This document shows positions 9,896-23,060 of a stretch of DNA of 32,137 nucleotides, piece after piece; position 1 is the first letter of the stretch; each line of letters opens with the position of its first letter. Source of the DNA: Malacoraja senta (Eukaryota); assembly GCA_038087875.1 (NCBI GenBank), contig JAXLNO010000386.1, forward strand, positions 1-32,137, read 5' to 3'. The notes beneath the pieces are model-generated. The model ran no database searches. It had not been told where the DNA came from and saw only the letters and a program-made list of their open reading frames with translations. The translations under genes were made by a program, and so were the position numbers.

Positions 9896-10482
9896 AGGCT
9901 CTGTCTAACCTGTTTGCGGTCATCGGCGGTGAAGCGTGGTGTCACCGGTAGCGAGGACCGCGCGGCAACGGCGAGAGCGTCGAGCCTATCCACCGGAGCG
10001 CCGCACGGATGCTGCGTGGGGGCCGAGTTAATTCAAACACGGCGGGTCCCACGTGCTTGCGGTAAGTAAAAAAAGGGCGGGCCGACGGCGATGCCGTCGG
10101 CCCGCCGCACATGACTCACCAGCGGCGGCTGTGGCGGCGGCCATCCTGATCGTGGCGCTGTAGCGGTGGCTGTGCCTGCGGCCGTGCAGCACACGTGCCT
10201 CACTGGCGGCGGCACGTGCCTCACTGGCGGAGGCTGTGGCAGTGGAGGTTTGACGCACGGCGCTCGAGCCACACTGGCGGCGGCCCGTGCGAGCGGCCGT
10301 GCCGCACTTGTGCATCACTGGTGGAGGTTGTGCGGTGAGTATATTGTTTTCGACATTGTCGATTTTATTTGGGAACACCGACGCACGGCCCGGGAATTGT
10401 ACGTTCTCACGAGTGCGCGGTCTATGCCGGCAGATTCTTCCCGTTTCGCCACCAATCACCGCAGATTCGTGAGACAGGCCTT
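9896..10482. mobile_element. GC-rich PIF/Harbinger-like non-autonomous element inserted in a CR1 tail
   Basis: Termini AGGCTCTGTCTAAC and reverse complement AAGGCCTGTCTCAC resemble the TIRs at 5005-5787. Flanked by TAA (9893-9895) and TTA (10483-10485). The CR1 tail is continuous across it. Confidence 0.65.
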
Positions 10483-11928
10483 TTAGATTTAGCTTTTAGG
10501 GCTAACGGAATCAAGGGATATGGGGAGAAGGCAGGAACAGGGTACTGATTGTGGATGATCAGCCATGATCACTTTGAATGGCGGTGCTGGCACGAAGGGC
10601 CAAATGGCCTACTCCTACTTCTGTTGTCACTGTTGTGAAGGGAGAACAGTTTTCAGAAGGAAATAAGATTCCAGTTACAATTTAGTTTGTAATCACGTGT
10701 ACCGAGGTACAGTGAAAAGCTCTTTGTTGCATGCTATCCAGTCAGCGGGAAGACTGAAGAAGGGCCTCGTCCCGAAACGTCACCCATTCCTTCTCTCCAG
10801 AGATGCTTCCTGTCCCGCTGAGTTACTCCAACATTTTGTGTCTACCAGCGGAAAGACAATACGATGATTACAGTCGAGCCGTTTACAGTGTACAGATACA
10901 TGATAAGGGAATAACGTTTAGTGCAAGGTAAAGCCAGCAAAGTCCGATCAAGGACAGTCCAAGGGTCACCAAAGAGGTAGATAGTAGTTCAGGACTGCTG
11001 TCTGGTTGTGGTAGGATATAACCATATAACAATTACAGCATGGAAACAGGCCATCTCGGCCCTTCTAGTCCGTGCCAAATACTTATTCTCCCCTAGTCCC
11101 ATCTACCTACACTCAGACCATAACCCTCCATTCCTTTCCGTCCATATACCTATCCAATTTTTTGTAATTTTTTTGTAATTTTTATTTTTTATTTTTATTT
11201 TATTAGAAGTAAGTACAATTGTATACAATCATATTTTCATAATACATTTTATGTACAGCTTCTTATTTTTTTTTTAAATAATAAAGAAGAATAAGAAAAA
11301 GAAATTAGATAATAAAGTATAGAAAAACGTGAGATATATAGTGTGTGAAGAAGAAGAAAAGAGAATGAAAGAAAGTTAAAGAGAAGAAAATAGGGAAAAG
11401 AGAGTAAAAAAAAGAAAAAAAAAGTAAGAAGATCATTATTTATAATCTTGACCATCCCCCACCCAGTCACGAGACAGTTCGCTTTTACAATTGTGTTGCA
11501 CCATATGATCCCAAAAAGACGACAAATGGAGACCAACTCGTTATGAATTGGTCTGATTTATCTATTAGGAGGAATCGCATTTCCTCAAGCTGTGCGGTGT
11601 CCAACATGCTTGCAATCCACATTTTGAGTGTTGGTATTGGTGTATTTTTCCAAGATTTAAGTATTAATTTTTTTGCTATTATTAAACCATAATTAAAATA
11701 TAAATTTTGAGATGAATTCAATTTATTCCCATCTTCCATTACTCCAAATATAATCAATTCAGTATTAGGTTCCATTCTTATCTTAAATAATTTTGTAAAT
11801 ATTTCAAAAATATCACTCCAAAATCTATAACGTTTTATGCAGGAAACAAAAGAGTGTGTTATGGTTGCGTTTTGGGTTAAACACTTATCGCAAATGGGGG
11901 ATATATTTGGATAGAATTTATTCAATCT

Positions 11929-12120
11929 CACTTCCGGTGGTGCCATGCTTTGCTAGCAGTCGCTAATTTTTTAGCTCCGCTGAAAAAATCGCGATTTTTC
12001 GCGTTAAAATCGGGTCTGGAGGTCGGGACCGTTTTTAAAAACTTACCGGAGTCTCATGTCGCGGCGCTGATGACGTCATCAGTAAGCGCCGTGAATTTAA
12101 TGGAGGGAAAGTCATTTTAA
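11929..12120 (+). promoter_or_regulatory. L1 5'UTR, putative internal Pol II promoter
   Basis: CpG-rich. ETS-like CACTTCCGGT at the 5' end. 16-bp palindromes AAAAATCGCGATTTTT (11984-11999) and CTGATGACGTCATCAG (12067-12082, contains a full CRE TGACGTCA). Confidence 0.55.
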
Positions 12121-13131
12121 ATGAAAAGTACGTCTCCAGGTCAGAGCCCACAGAGGAAAGTTATAAAACAATCGTTGAAGACTTTGGAACATCAAGAAAC
12201 TGCAAAACGGACCTCTGGAGTGGTTTCTGGAATGGACACACGATCTAAGACTGAGATGACCACAAAAGAGAAAACCGAATTGGAGGAGTTAAAGAACTCG
12301 GTAAGAGATTTGAAAAATGACTTGAAAGTTGGAAACATAAATTTGATGGCCAGTAATGAAAAAATACTTGCGGGCATTGGTGATCTGAAAAAAAGAGTGG
12401 ATGATGTGCAAGAAGAATTAACGGGGAAAATTAATAAGATGGCAGAAGAGACCACAAAGATGTTTGAGGCTGTGCATGAAACTGTTTCTGCAAATGTAAC
12501 TGCAGTGAAAGATATGGAAGCTGTTGTGGAAGAGATGACCGGAGAGATGCAGACGATGAAGTTAGAAATAGACAGCCTCAAGAGCCATCTTACAAAAGTT
12601 TCTGATAAATGTGTTGACCTAGAAGCTCGCTCAAGACGTCAAAATATACGTATACGTGGAGTAAAAGAGGGAGCTGAGGGGGACAATGCTTGTGAGTTCA
12701 CTGCCAATCTAATTAAACACGTACTCAAACTACCTGAGGCACCTGTAATTGAAGTAGCACATCGACTACCCAGATTTAAACCAAGATCTCAAGGAGCACA
12801 TGCCTACCCACGACAGATCACAGTTAAACTTCGGGATATCCCAACAATGGAAGCGCTGATGAAAAAAATCAAATACGGAGAGGAGATGATGTACAGAAAT
12901 GATTCTATTAAACTCCTACGGGACTACCCTTACGAGATTGTGCAAAAGAGAAGAAAGTTCTCACAGACCAGAGAAGTTCTTTACGGTGTCAAGGGTGTCA
13001 TATGTGGAGTGTATTATCCGGCCAGGATGCGTATTACTTTCAAGGGAAAGTCAAAAACATTCATTAACTCGGTAGAATCTCTTAAATACACTCAAGAAAT
13101 CGTGGCCAAGGCAGCAGCAAGTGAAGATTGA
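12121..13131 (+). CDS. L1 ORF1p (coiled coil, RRM, CTD), 336 aa, intact
   Basis: Heptad-rich N-terminal half, DLEARSRRQNIRIRGVKEG, IEVAHR, YYPARMRI. Confidence 0.92.
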   Translation: MKSTSPGQSPQRKVIKQSLKTLEHQETAKRTSGVVSGMDTRSKTEMTTKEKTELEELKNSVRDLKNDLKVGNINLMASNEKILAGIGDLKKRVDDVQEELTGKINKMAEETTKMFEAVHETVSANVTAVKDMEAVVEEMTGEMQTMKLEIDSLKSHLTKVSDKCVDLEARSRRQNIRIRGVKEGAEGDNACEFTANLIKHVLKLPEAPVIEVAHRLPRFKPRSQGAHAYPRQITVKLRDIPTMEALMKKIKYGEEMMYRNDSIKLLRDYPYEIVQKRRKFSQTREVLYGVKGVICGVYYPARMRITFKGKSKTFINSVESLKYTQEIVAKAAASED

Positions 13132-13380
13132 TCACCAAGACGTCATGAACAAATTTATTTGCTTATTCCCCCATCAAGAATATCACAAGAAAAGTGAAAT
13201 AACTGAACATCAATCTTTTAAAATTATTACACGCAACAGATTTTCCATGAGACGTGTCTAGACATTATTATCTCCCCTTGAACATTGCGGCATCTAACTC
13301 AAGGACACTCTGTGCTCAAACGAGGAAAGACTGATAACATGGGACTGACGATCTGATGTGCTGAGAGCGAAAAACATCAC

Positions 13381-13837
13381 ATGGCTTATATAGTTTTATA
13401 AAATATTGAGAATCAATAATAATTAATAATTAACAATACTAATATAGAAATAGCAATCGAAACTGATAAAAATGTGTTGCCTGCTTTATAACGCAGACAA
13501 CAGTAATTACATATGTTCCGCAGCTCGAATGGGGAGGGGAGGAGATTAGGCACCTGGCATAATTCCAGGAGCCTGACTCCGGTAAACCCTTTCAGCGAAC
13601 AGCTCACTTTTAACAATACTAAAACCAATTCAAAATAGTTAAGAGATAAAGAGTGAGGAATATATGTAACTGAATACATTTGAAGTCAGAATGAAACATA
13701 TATATGGCTTATATAGTTTTACAAAATATGGAGAATCAATAATAATTAATAATTAACAATACTAATATAGAAATAGCAATTGAAACTGATAAAAATGTGT
13801 TGCCTGCTTTATAACGCAGACAACTGTAATCACATAT
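13381..13837 (+). repeat. About 135-bp direct duplication in the L1 inter-ORF spacer
   Basis: 13381-13514 and 13704-13837 are nearly identical. Confidence 0.9.
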
Positions 13838-14198
13838 ATATATACTGCAACTGGGTGAAATAGAACTGATTTGGAAACGGTACCGACCCCCTAGGTTTTG
13901 GGTAATAAAGGCAGCGGGGCTAACGTCATAACATCTACGCCGGAAGCGATATTGATGTCGTACCCCACAGACGAGTGGGACACTCACTACGGTGTTGAAA
14001 ACTTAGACACCGTAAACTTATTTGATATACTTTATTTTTTTATTTTTATCACATTACGTCACATCTATGTGTTTTCTTTCCAAGGACAATCGCGGAGGAG
14101 AACTACCAAGGAAGTCTATAATAGAAATGCCCCCAAAATTACCAGAGTCCTGAGGTATGAATGCACCATAATAAATAAGATCATTAAAATTGGTAAAA

Positions 14199-17100
14199 AT
14201 GTATGACGATAATCAAAACAAAATGGGAGGAATCACACTATGTAGCTGGAATATAAGGGGTATTAATGAACCTATTAAAAGGGGCAAGATACTAGCTCAG
14301 TTGAAATCATACAACACGGACATTTCGTTTCTACAGGAAACGCATCTTAAACATCAAGATCAGACGAGACTGAGGGCGAACTGGATAGGACAAACATTTC
14401 ACTCTTCATTCACCTCCAAATCTAGAGGTACTGCAATTATTATTCGTAAAGGAATTCCATTTAAATCAAAGAATACTATTTTAGATAAGGAAGGGAGATA
14501 CCTTATAGTAGCAGGAGAGATCAATAATACGCCAATTACGCTGGTAAACATATACGCGCCCAATTTCGATAACCCTCAATTTTTAAATAAAATTCTGAAT
14601 ATAATTGCAGAATTTAATTATCAAAATGTTATAATTGGAGGAGACTTTAACTGTGTTTTAGACCCTTATCTAGATAAATCGATGCAAAAACAAAAAGGTA
14701 ATATGAAATCTAAAACCAGTGAACTTTTACATACATATATGGAAAACACAAATATAGCAGATGTGTGGAGGATTGCAAACCCGACGGGAAGGGACTATTC
14801 GTTTTATTCAACGGTGCATAAAACATACTCACGGATAGACTATTTTCTTGTGGATACAAAATTAATTCCGCACACTATGAACCCGAAATATTACACTAAT
14901 GCGATCTCAGACCACTCTCCGTTAACTTTTGTTTTAAAACTAGAAGGAATGTCTATGAATAAATCGTTCTGGAGGTTTAACTCGCAAATTTTAAAAGACC
15001 GACAAGGGAGTATATATCTAAAAAAACAGATGGATCTATTTTTTGAGATAAGTGATACACCAGATATTTCCCCCACGCTATTATGGGAATCCTTCAAAGC
15101 ATTTATTAGAGGAGTCAGTATTTCATTCCAAGCTTATCAAAATAAAAAGAATAAGAATGAACAAAGACATTTAGAAGAACAAATAAAACAATTAGATACA
15201 GATAATGCTAAAGATCCAACTATGGATAAACATAATAAAATCCTACTATTGAAATTCAAGCTAAATAAATTACTGTCAGAGAAAGTTATAACATTATTCC
15301 AAATCACAAAGCAAGAACACTTCGAATTCGGGGACAAACCCCACAAACTTCTAGCACGCCAACTGAAAAAACGGGAAAAAGAGAATGCAATATTAAAGAT
15401 TAAATCAGACAGAGGGGAATTATTAACACTACCCAAGGATATCAATAAAAGATTTGCTCAATTTTACCAGAATCTATACACATCTAAAACGTTAATAGAC
15501 AATAATAAAATCTCAGAATTTTTAGATAACTGTAACCTACCACAATTAGAACTGAGGGAACAAGAGGAACTGGGAGCACAAATTACTTCTAAGGAGATAG
15601 AAGACACAATAAAAACACTAAAGAATGGAAAAACACCAGGACCAGACGGATTCAGTAATGAATTTTATAAATCTTTTTATGACATAGTTACTCCACGATT
15701 ACAGAAAATGTATACACATGCTTTTAAAGAGCAAAACTTACCTGAAACACTAGCAGAATCAACGATCATATTAATACTTAAAAAAGATAAAAATATAGAA
15801 GAACCAGGATCATATAGAGCTATTGCTTTGTTAAATACGGATCAAAAAATAATAGCGAAAACACTAGCCAGTAGACTAAGCAGGTATGTTAGTAGACAAA
15901 TAAATGAGGATCAAACAGGATTTATACCTAAGAGACATTCATTTAATAATTTGAGACGTTTGCTTAACATAATGCACTCACATAAATCTCAGGACCAAGA
16001 GTTATCTATCATCTCATTGGACGCAGAAAAAGCGTTTGATCAAGTAGAATGGGACTATATGTTTAAAGTATTGCAAAAATTCCAATTGGGAGAGAACTTC
16101 ATTGCATGGATAAAACTATTATATAACAAACCTACGGCTAGAATACTAACTAATAATATATTATCCTCGAAATTTGAACTATCAAGGGGCAATAGACAAG
16201 GATGTTCATTATCACCGCTGTTATTTGCTTTAGTAATTGAACCCCTTGCTGAAAAAATTAGAACACACATGGATATTTACGGTTATAATACAAAATATTC
16301 AAATAACAAAATATCCCTATATGCCGATGATGTACTATTGTACATCACAAAACCACAAATTAGTATACCAAATATATTAAATTTAATTGAGGACTTTGGA
16401 TCCTTCTCAGGATATAGAATAAATTGGAACAAAAGTGAAATTATGTCGATAAAACCAAAAGACTCAACACACCTCAGGAAATTCCCCTTTAAAATAGCTA
16501 CAGAAAAATTCAAATATTTGGGAATTGAAATTACTAGAAATTACCAGGATATGTTTAAAGCCAATTATAATCCCTTACTTAAGAAATTAAATAATATGAT
16601 TAAATTCTGGAAAACACTTCCGATGTCCTTAATAGGCAGAATAAATGCTATAAAAATGATTTTCTTACCACAAATCCTATACCTATATATCTCCCAAAAA
16701 AGTTTTTCAAAAAATTGGACTCAGACATTACAAATTTTATATGGGATTATAAATCCCATAGAATACAAAGAGCACACCTTAATAAACGAAAAGAGTTGGG
16801 GGGTCTCGCGCTCCCTAACTTTATGTATTATAATTGGGCAGTAAATATTAAAAATATGATTCACCTGCTGGACAATTCTGCCCAGCAGGCGGACTGGATT
16901 ATAATGGAAAAAGGGGACTGTTCCCCGAGTAATATAGGAGCGATTATTCTCTCTCCAATAAATTTGAATAATAAAAATTATAATAAAAACCCAATTATAA
17001 ATAGCACAATTAGAACATGGAAACAAATAAAACAGAATCTAAAATTAAGAAACCTATCTCTCTCAATACCAATAGTTAATAACCCATCGTTTAAACCTTC

Positions 17101-17974
17101 AACCATAGACAAATCATTTATACAATGGGAAAGAATGGGAATCAAAACGCTCGAAGATCTGTATGAATTGGGAAAATTACTATCATTTCAACAACTACAA
17201 CTGAAATATAATTTGAAAAATAACCAATATTTTAAATATCTACAAATTCGTGATTACCTGAAAAAATACACAAAAGACTATCATAATATGCCTTCCGACT
17301 TACTAGATGAAGCAATGAAGACAAAGGCGGAATCAGCTAATCTAATATCGTACTTATATAATATCATTTTAAACATAGAAATACCCACAACAGATGGAAT
17401 TAGAAGAGACTGGGAACTAGAATTAGCTATAAAAATTTCAAAAGAGAGCTGGGATAACCATTTACTACAGGTGCATAAATGTTCGATCAACGTACGACAT
17501 ACGCTCATCCAATTCAAAACATTACATAGATTATATTATTCAAAAACTAAATTAAATAAAATCTTTCCTAATGTTTCACCAATCTGTGATAAATGTCTAT
17601 GTCAAGAAGCTACCATAGCGCATTCTTTTGTTTTTTGTACAAAAATCCAAAAATTCTGGTATGAAATATTTGATATTTTTTCAAAATTAATTAAAATAAA
17701 ACTGGTACCAAAACCAGAATGGATCATTTTTGGAATATCGGAAGGTATCCCTGAATTAAACGTGTATCAGAAGAACTTATTCAATTACGGGCTAATAATG
17801 GGAAAAAAGCTCATACTTAAATTCTGGAAAAATGCGCCCACACCAACAATAAAAATGTGGACATCAAATATGTTTGAAACATTACATCTGGAAGAGATGA
17901 GATTCCTCTTAGCAGGTAAAGCAGACCAATTCCAAAAGACGTGGTCTACGTTTCTGGACCTATTACAAGCATGA
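14199..17974 (+). pseudogene. L1 ORF2p (APE endonuclease, RT, Cys-rich domain) with one frameshift near 16680
   Basis: SWNIRG, LQETH, GGDFN, SRIDY, SDHSP, GPDGF, SLDAEKAFD, RQGCSLSP, YADD, then CDKC..HSF..C. Split between ORFs 14190-16844 and 16715-17974; first ATG at 14199. Confidence 0.93.
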
Positions 17975-19586
17975 GGTGCAATAGTAATTTTAAAAATAAA
18001 TAAATAAAGAAATGGTATCAGGACCTGGTAATGGGAGGTAAAACAATAAAAACAGACTTGGTTGGTGATCCCCTTTCTGCGATTGTTCCTACTTTCTTTT
18101 TCTTTCTTTTCTAGGGTCTACTTTCTTACTTTACTTCCTTCTCTAACTTCTTTTCTAAGGGGCTTTCTTTTCACAACACTCTCTTGCACTTCACGACTCT
18201 TGCGCACTTTCTTCACTTTTCTTACTTCTATCTTTCTCTTAAAGCTCAAAAAAATGAAGCGGTATAAAAAATGTATTAAGATATAAGTGTTGTGTATTAC
18301 TGTAATTTACCGTACTTCTAATAAAAATAATTTTTTAAAAAAAATTAAAAAAAAAAAAAGCACCAAAATTGCAACAAAAAAAAAAGAAGAAAAAAAAAAA
18401 AGAATTTATTCAATCTTGTTTTTGAATAATATAATCTATGTAAAATTTTAAATTGAATTAGATTATGTCTTGCATTAATCGAACATTTGTGAATGTATAT
18501 CAAATACTTTTCCCATGAACCTTCGTAATTTTTATCAATAATTCCCGTTCCCACTCTTCTCTAAGTACCTCTGTCGCTGGTAGGTCTATATTTAAAATAC
18601 TATTATATAAATATGATATAAATTTTTGTGTCAGCTTTAATATTCATTGCTTCTTCCAATAAGTCAGGAGTTATTTTTTGATATCCTTGTATGTATTTCT
18701 TCATGAAATCGCAAATCTGAAGATATTTAAAATAATGGTTGTTTTTCAATTTAAATTTTAATTGTAATTGTTGGAATGATAATAGATTTCCCATTTCATA
18801 CATATCCCCGATCCTTTTAATTCCTAAACTTTCCCATTGATTATATGTTTTGTCAATAAGAGATGGTTTAAATAAAGGATTATTCACTATTGGCATTAAC
18901 AATGATAAATTTCTTAACTTTAAGGATAATTGTATTTGTTTCCATATTCTTATTGTATCATGTATAATTGGGTTCTTCTTATATATTGTATTGTTCAGTT
19001 TTTTCGGGGAGAAGAGGATCGTTCCTATATTACAAGGGAAACAATCCTCTTTCTCCATTTTTATCCATTCTGTCTGTTGGATAGAACTGTCCAACCAATA
19101 AATTATATTCTTAATATGCACTGCCCAATAATAATACAAAAAATTCGGGAGTGAAAGTCCCCCGACATCTTTTGGTTTACATAAGTGTTTTTTTTTAAAT
19201 TCTATGTGATTTATAATCCCAAATATAATTAGTAATATTAAAGTCTAATTTTTTTTTAAAGTATTTTGGTATATATACTGGTATAGACTGAAATAGGTAT
19301 AATAATTGTGGTAGAAAGATCATTTTTATAGCATTTATTCTACCTATTAATGATAAAGGAAGTGTTTTCCAAAATGTAATCAGTATATTAAGTTTGTTTA
19401 ATAAAGGTATAAAATTAGCATTGAATAATGCTTTATATTTTCTAGTAATCTGAATACCCAAATATTTAAATTTTTCTGTTGCTATTTTAAAGGGGAACTT
19501 CAGTAAGTGTGTAGATTCTTGAGGTTTTAACGTCATGATTTTACTTTTATTCCAATTTATTCTATATCCAGAAAACGACCCAAATT

Positions 19587-19803
19587 GAAGGTACACAAAA
19601 ATGCTGGAGAAACTCAGCGGGTGCAGCAGCATCTATGGAGCGAAGGAAATAGGTAACGTTTCGGGGGGGGGGGGGCTGAAGAAGGGTTTCGGCCCGAAAC
19701 GTTACCTATTTCCTTCGCTCCATAGATGCTGCTGCACCCGCTGAGTTTCTCCAGCATTTTTGTGTACCTTCGATTTTCCAGCATCTGCAGTTCCTTCTTT
19801 AAC
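19587..19803. mobile_element. Penelope terminal repeats in inverted arrangement, inserted in L1-B
   Basis: 19587-19665 is the reverse complement of about 19693-19771; 14-bp TSD AAACGACCCAAATT at 19573-19586 and 19804-19817. Confidence 0.88.
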
Positions 19804-22800
19804 AAACGACCCAAATTCCTCTATTAAGTTTAATAAATTTGGTATGCTCGTTTGTGATTTTGTAATATATAAAAGTATATCGTCTGCATATAATGAAATG
19901 TTATTATTTGAGTCCCTAGTATTATAGCCCTGAATATTTGGATGAATTCTTATACTTTCAGCCAAAGGTTCTATCATGAGCAAATAGCAGGGGTGATAAC
20001 GCACATCCCTGCCTATTACCCCTTGATAATTGAAATTTTTGAGATAACATATTATTAGTCAATATTCTTGCCATCGGTTTATCATATAATAATTTTACCC
20101 ATGTAATAAAATTCTCTCCCATATTAAGTTTTCGCAATACTTTGTATAAGTACTGCCACTCTACCTGATCAAATGCTTTTCTCTGCGTCCAAAGAAATAA
20201 TTGATATATCTTCTTCCTCCACTTTATGTGAGTACATTATATTAAACAGGCGTCTCAAATTATTAAATGAATATCTTTTGGGTATAAACCCCGTTTGATC
20301 AGGGTTTATCAATTTACTAATATATTTGCTTAATCTTCTTGCTAAAGTCTTTGCTAAAATTTTCTGGTCTGTACTTAAAAGTGATATAGCTCTATATGAG
20401 CCCGGATCCTCTAAATCTTTATCTTTTTTTGGAATAAGCGTAATAGTTGATTCTGCTAATGTTTCAGGTAGTTTATTTTCTTTAAAAGCGTGAGTATATA
20501 AATTAAATAAATAAGGAGTCGTTATCTCATGAAATTTTTTATAAAATTCATTACTAAAACCATCTGGTGTCTTACCATTTTTCAATGATTTTATTGTTTC
20601 TTTGATTGTAATATGAGCTCCATGTTCCTCTTGTTCCAAAAGGTCAAGTTTTGGAAGATTACAGTTATCTAAATTTTTTTAAATTTTACTATCTTCTATT
20701 TTAGTTTTAGATGTATATAAATGTTGATAAAATTTAGCAAATCTTTTATTAATATCATTAGGTAGTATTAGTAATTCACTTTTCTCTGATTTAATTTTAG
20801 TTATAGTATTTTCTTTTTCTTATTTTTTCAATTGACGATCTAAAAGCTTATGTGGTTTGTCACCAAACTCAAAATGATCCTGTTTTGTAATTTGGAATAA
20901 TCTTATTACTCTTGCCGATAAAATTCGATTACGTTTAAATTTCAGTAATATTATCTTATTATGTTTATCTATAGTGGAGTCTTTAGCATTATCTAACTCT
21001 AACTGTCTAATTTCTTGTTCTAACAACATTTGTTCTGTCTTATTCTTTATTCTTTGAAAATTTTGATATGAAATTATAATTCCTCTAATAAATGCCTTAA
21101 AAGTTGCCCATAATAAAGAAGGCGAAGTACCTGGTATATCATTTGTATCAAAAAAGTACCTGGTATATCATTTGTTGTTTTAAATATTGATAACCTTGTA
21201 TGGCATTTTAAATATGTGTATTAAACCTCCCAAAACATTTTTTACCCGGCATTCCCTCGAATTTTACTGAAAATGTCAATGGAGAGTGATCAGAAATACC
21301 ACTAATGTGGTATGTTGGATTAATTGTATATGGCATTAATTTCATATCCACTAAAAAATAATCAATTCTTGAATAAGTTTTATGTACCGAAGAGTAAAAC
21401 GAGTATTCCCTTCCAACTGGATTAGCAGATCTCCATACATCTGTTATATTAGTATTTTTTATATATGTATTTAAAAGTTCACTAGTCTTAGATTTTAAAT
21501 TACTCCTCTTTTGTTTTACTGATTTGTCTAGATATGAATTTAAAACACAATTGAAGTCCCCCCCCCCCCCCTATTATTACATTCTGGTAATTAAACTCTG
21601 ATATTATATCTATAATTTTATCTAAAAATTTGGGGTTGTCAAAACTCGGAGCTTAAATATTTATCATAGTTAGTGGGGTTGCATAAATTTCTCCCGAAAC
21701 TATAATATACCTTCCCTCTTTATCTGATATAGTATTCTTTAATTCAAAAAGGTATACCTTTTCGAATAAGAATAGCCGTACCTCTAGATTTAGAAGTAAA
21801 TGACGAATAGTATGTTTGACCTATCCACTTCGCCTTTAATCTCATTTGTGTTTGTTGTTTCATGTGAGTTTCCTGTAAAAACATCATGTCGCTGTTCATA
21901 GATTTTAGTTGAGCAAAAATGTTAACCCTCTTAATTGGTTCATTGGCACCCCTTATATTCCAACTACAGAATGTAATTCCTCCATTCTTTATTTGTCTAT
22001 CGTCTTGCATTATATATCAAAATATTCCTGAATCATATGGTGCAACCAAATACCTCAGAGTTCTGGGCATTGGGTGGTCATCCCAAATTTTTAGATTTAT
22101 ATTGCATCTCCTTCTTGTATAGTGCCTTAGAAAAAGAAAAGAAAGATGTGATATAGAATTGATTACAAAAAAGGTAAGCAAATAAAAGTCTTTATAGTGA
22201 TAAAAAAAAAAAAAGTGATCTTAAGGTATCTAAGAAAAGATATCTTAAAGACGAATGGCCCCCTAAGGTGGCGAAAAATTTATAGACTTCCATTGATGTT
22301 GTTATACATTGAGCTCCAACCCTTTAGTAGATCCTCATAAAAAGCTACAGCGTTTCATATCTTATCTTTTCTTATATAAATTCATCAAATTTATCAAACC
22401 AGCACCAGTGAAAACCGAGAAAAATCAGGAAGAGACATAAGAAATAAAAAAACCAAATATAAAACACAACATAAGCTCAGTTTTATAAGTATATATGCAT
22501 TTCCAATTTATCTAACCTTAATCTAGTCTAAACTTTACCATATATATCCACCCAGAATTCTTACACGTACAAGCAGGTACCAAGGGGTTAAACAAAACCT
22601 CACCTGGATCTTTTCCAGTTATATGCTGCTATCCAATTTATTTTTAAATGATAAAATCGAACCTGCCTCCACCACTTCCACTGGAAGCTGATTCCACACA
22701 GTTACCACTCTCTGAGTAAAGAAGTTCCCCCTCATGTTACCCCTAAACTTCTGTCCCTTAATTCTCAAATCAAGATGATCCAGTTGCCTGATAACAGCCG

Positions 22801-22965
22801 GGAAGAAACCGTCCCTGAATCTGGAGGCGTGCGTTTTCACACTTCTGTACCTTTTGCCCGATGGGAGAGGGGAGAAGCGGGAGTGTCCGGGGTGAGACTG
22901 GTCCTTGATTATGCTGCTAGCCTTGCCGAGGCAGCGTGAGGTGTCGATGGAGTCAATGGAAGGGA

Positions 22966-23060
22966 GATAGACACAAAGAGCTGGAGTAACTCAGTGGGAC
23001 AGGCAGCATCTGTGGAGGGAAGCAATGGGTGACGTTTCAGGTCGAGACCCTTCGTCAGAC
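22966..23060 (-). mobile_element. Solo Penelope-type terminal repeat inserted in the Rex1-like element
   Basis: Reverse complement of the CTGAnGAAGGGTCTCGACCnGAAACGTCACCCATT unit; flanked on both sides by AATGGAAGGGAG. A plus-strand copy at about 10754-10845 is flanked by CAGCGG(G/A)AAGAC. Confidence 0.75.

Larger units (their letters stand above)
11929..18400 (+). mobile_element. Full-length L1 family A (about 6.5 kb)
   Basis: 5'UTR, ORF1, 1.07-kb spacer, ORF2, 3'UTR, AATAAA and poly(A). Perfect 16-bp TSD AGAATTTATTCAATCT at 11913-11928 and 18401-18416. Confidence 0.96.
11161..22628 (-). mobile_element. L1 family B copy 1: 5'-truncated, degenerate ORF2, in pieces 11161-11928 and 18401-22628
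   Basis: ORF2 fragments run from 22010 (MQDDRQIKNGGITFCSWNIRG, APE endonuclease) through RT (SLDAEK, YADD) to the Cys-rich end at 11485. T-rich tail at 11161-11200. TSD CTATCCAATTT at 11150-11160 and 22629-22639. Confidence 0.92.
11018..22770 (-). mobile_element. CR1 3' fragment in two pieces (11018-11160 and 22629-22770)
   Basis: The two pieces together are the reverse complement of about 4700-4980. Confidence 0.85.

Noticed and set aside
10028..10486. Ala/Gly-rich ORFs as a host exon
   Set aside because: GC-rich interior of a TIR-bounded element with no recognisable protein similarity.
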